The notes below the pieces were generated by a model, which saw only the letters and a program-made list of their open reading frames with translations, was not told where the DNA came from and searched no databases. Source: Perkinsus olseni (lineage: Eukaryota). Taken from it: DNA of 52,816 nucleotides. Where the stretch lies: NCBI GenBank assembly GCA_013115125.1, contig JABANN010000211.1:1-52816 (forward strand), written 5' to 3'. Shown piece after piece: positions 50,447 to 52,816 of the stretch (the first letter of the stretch is position 1; each line of letters starts with the position of its first letter). The position numbers and the translations under genes were made by a program.

Positions 50447-51689
50447 CTACAGGGCAACCTCAACTTCGACAGTGCTCTCCACTTCAGGCTTCTGGTCTGT
50501 GGGTATACCCCAATAACAATCACTCTCGATGTTCAGGTTATTCTCATGCATTCTAATCCTGAACCAGCCGTCCTCGCCCCAGTATGTCCCCCAGCTATTG
50601 CGACCGATCCAGTATCTGCACGGCGAGGTCTAGAGTAGCGATCGACCGAGGCCTCGCACGTCTCACTCGATGCCGTCCTCGGACACTCCCCAGCCGGCCA
50701 CTGATATCTCGTGGTTGACTGCGACCAGGTCCTGCTCTTCCTCATATATCTACACAGATTGCCCGTGGGTTTGAGTTCCATTCTCAGCTACTCGACACTC
50801 ACCCCTCCTGTGTAAGCCTCGAACTTCTCTGTAGCGGAGACCCCACAGGAAATAGGCCCATTAACGAAGATCTCCTTTTTCATGTCCTCAGCCCCGGTGA
50901 CCGAGCCAAAGTCGCTCACATACCATTTCTTGTACCTGGAACAGAGGAAGCCCCGAGTACATCAACTCCGCGTCGAGCCAGAAATCGTGGTGGCTGACTT
51001 TACTTCCTTATAGCATGGCAAGTCCCCGGCCAGAGAGTCTCAGAAGTGTTTCCGCCGAAGCACTCCTCACACCGATGCATCGCGTCACACTTGCCCACGT
51101 CATGAGCCAAGTAAGCTTGGCAAGTCTGATCGGGCAGCCCGTGCCTCTGTATCTTCGAGAGCCTGAAAGTTGGACTCAGACCGCTAAGACAGTCTCACTG
51201 AGAGACTACGCTTGGTCAGGGTCGCCGCCCTCACAGTCACCACCGTACTCACAGTTGATCAGCACCTAATCGACCTGAGCATGGCAACGAACTGTAGAGC
51301 AGTCACCTGCGGGGCCAAGTTGATGGGAGGCCAAGTCCCGTTTCTTTGTATACTGATTCTGTCGGAGAGCATTGAGGTCACCGCCTGGGCCCAGCAGGAT
51401 CCACAGTACTGTGGGATATGCTGAGAGAAGACTGGCCCGTGAAATCAAGGAAGACAGCGGGCAGGAGCTATACCTGGTTCTTGTCCCAGGTCGTGTAGCT
51501 AGTCACACCACTGACGTTCCTCCAGTCGAGGGCATCAGGAACCTTTGCAGTGCTCGCCACTCGCGGTAGGACGCCAGCCCGACTCCCAGGAGCCCGTCCT
51601 CCGAGCGCACGGCGAAGACAGCCGGCACGAGAAGATGCAACGCCGGTCGTCCGAGTACTAGGGGGCAGGAATCCTTCTTCTTGTTGAAC
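50447..51689 (-). CDS. CTSZ: Cathepsin Z/X-like papain-family (C1A) cysteine protease; 5' exon(s) unresolved
   Basis: [24 protein letters not shown] (HIP mini-loop diagnostic of cathepsin Z), [57 protein letters not shown]. Confidence 0.95.
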
Positions 51690-52744
51690 CTGCAGCCCAC
51701 TACTTCACAGACATACTATGACTGTGTTATGACGCATTCGCTCTCAGTATGTGCACGGTTCATGTCTCCCTGGGTCCCGATTTTATTCAAGCCTCGCAGT
51801 GCGGCATAGAAAACCATTATGATCACTAACCGTTGGTCAGCTCAGAATGAGGAAAAACTTCTCTCATGAATTGAGTCGAACGTAATGAGGAATCGCAGGG
51901 GACTCATACCATGCAATTACAGACTTGGCTACCAACCCTGTTGGCGCATCATCATATTTTTGGTAAGTTGAGCCGCGCAGGTGTAACGCCCAGAATCAGA
52001 GCTTTTTTCGAACCAGCCAGTTGCTCCGTAGCGTGACCTTCGAGCCATACGTAGAATGACCAGGTTATTCGGCTCCCTGCACCTCGGCATATCATAAGCT
52101 CACGGCTTCGTCATCAGCCGGCAGCCCAGAGACGGAACAGCACTTCCCGCGTGGAATCGTGGAGCATACCCCGGTAGGCAACGACGGTGGTGATTCTTCA
52201 ATTAAGGACTTCATTCTGCGTACGCCTCTCCCACTGAGTCCATTCGATTGAGAATTACCATGGCTGATTCAGCCGGAGAAGAGAAGGAATGATGTATCCC
52301 AAGCGCCGAGGACGGCAGCGACTGCGCTTGACTTGAGCCTCAGTCAAGCGAGCCCCAGAGCCTGGTCAGACTTCTGCGCGAAGGTAATGAGGAAGTCCAA
52401 ATACCGGGACCAACGATGTTATGAAAGCCAAAGGAAATAAGGGGCCCTGCCTTCTGCAAACAGGCACCGCGCTGGTGACGGCGGACGCGGCACAGATGAG
52501 AACGACAAAGCTTGTTACTAACAAGTTGTCAAGTCCTCAGGACCGGGTTTTCGCCACAACGGCATCACAACTTCTGCACCGTCTGTTCCCCTTTGCCCTT
52601 TCTCTCCGGCGGATTCACTATCGGGCGGGCCCGGAAGGCTCGACACGTGCGGCAACGGTGCTGCCATACTGGCGCTGCCAACATCACCGCGGGTGTTCCA
52701 GCAGTAGACTGGTGGTGAACTTCTCTCCGCCGGGACTCCCGGCC

Positions 52745-52770
52745 GGGGGGGGGGGGGGGGGGGGGGGGGG

Positions 52771-52816
<46 letters not shown>
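52745..52816. repeat. Terminal poly-G run (probable contig-end or sequencing artefact)
   Basis: About 70 G residues with a single C, running to the end of the window. Confidence 0.85.

Noticed and set aside
1..52816. CRISPR arrays, rRNA, snRNA genes, prokaryotic operons
   Set aside because: No regularly spaced direct repeats and no recognisable rRNA or U1/U2/U5/U6 signatures by eye. The sequence is intron-rich eukaryotic DNA.

Overview
Gene-dense eukaryotic genomic DNA, GC-balanced, with many short (about 40-75 nt) spliceosomal introns. It is inferred to be an alveolate, most like Perkinsus; this is not provable from the sequence alone. Most entries in the supplied ORF track are exon fragments or antisense shadows, so I rebuilt about 27 spliced genes by hand. 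They lie in long same-strand blocks, including a run of about 22 kb on the minus strand (18.3-40.2 kb). Recognisable products: long-chain acyl-CoA synthetase, N-acylated PP2C, RNPS1-like RRM/RS protein, dynactin p24-like protein, Qc-SNARE, F-box-like protein, NWE-motif ciliary protein, AAMP/Sqt1 WD40 protein, HSBP1, an uncharacterised GT-B-like glycosyltransferase, esterase D, an SDR, EMC10, CARNMT1, a DHHC palmitoyltransferase, a TAF8-like protein and cathepsin Z. One intact tRNA-Lys(CTT) sits antisense inside an unusually long intron. Other points of interest: a GC-AG intron, other oversized introns (possible ncRNA hosts), palindromes and tRNA-like fragments in divergent strand-switch regions, and very tight intergenic spacing suggestive of polycistronic transcription with trans-splicing. 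I found no CRISPR array, rRNA, spliced-leader gene or convincing transposon. Outer coordinates of the hypothetical genes are approximate.
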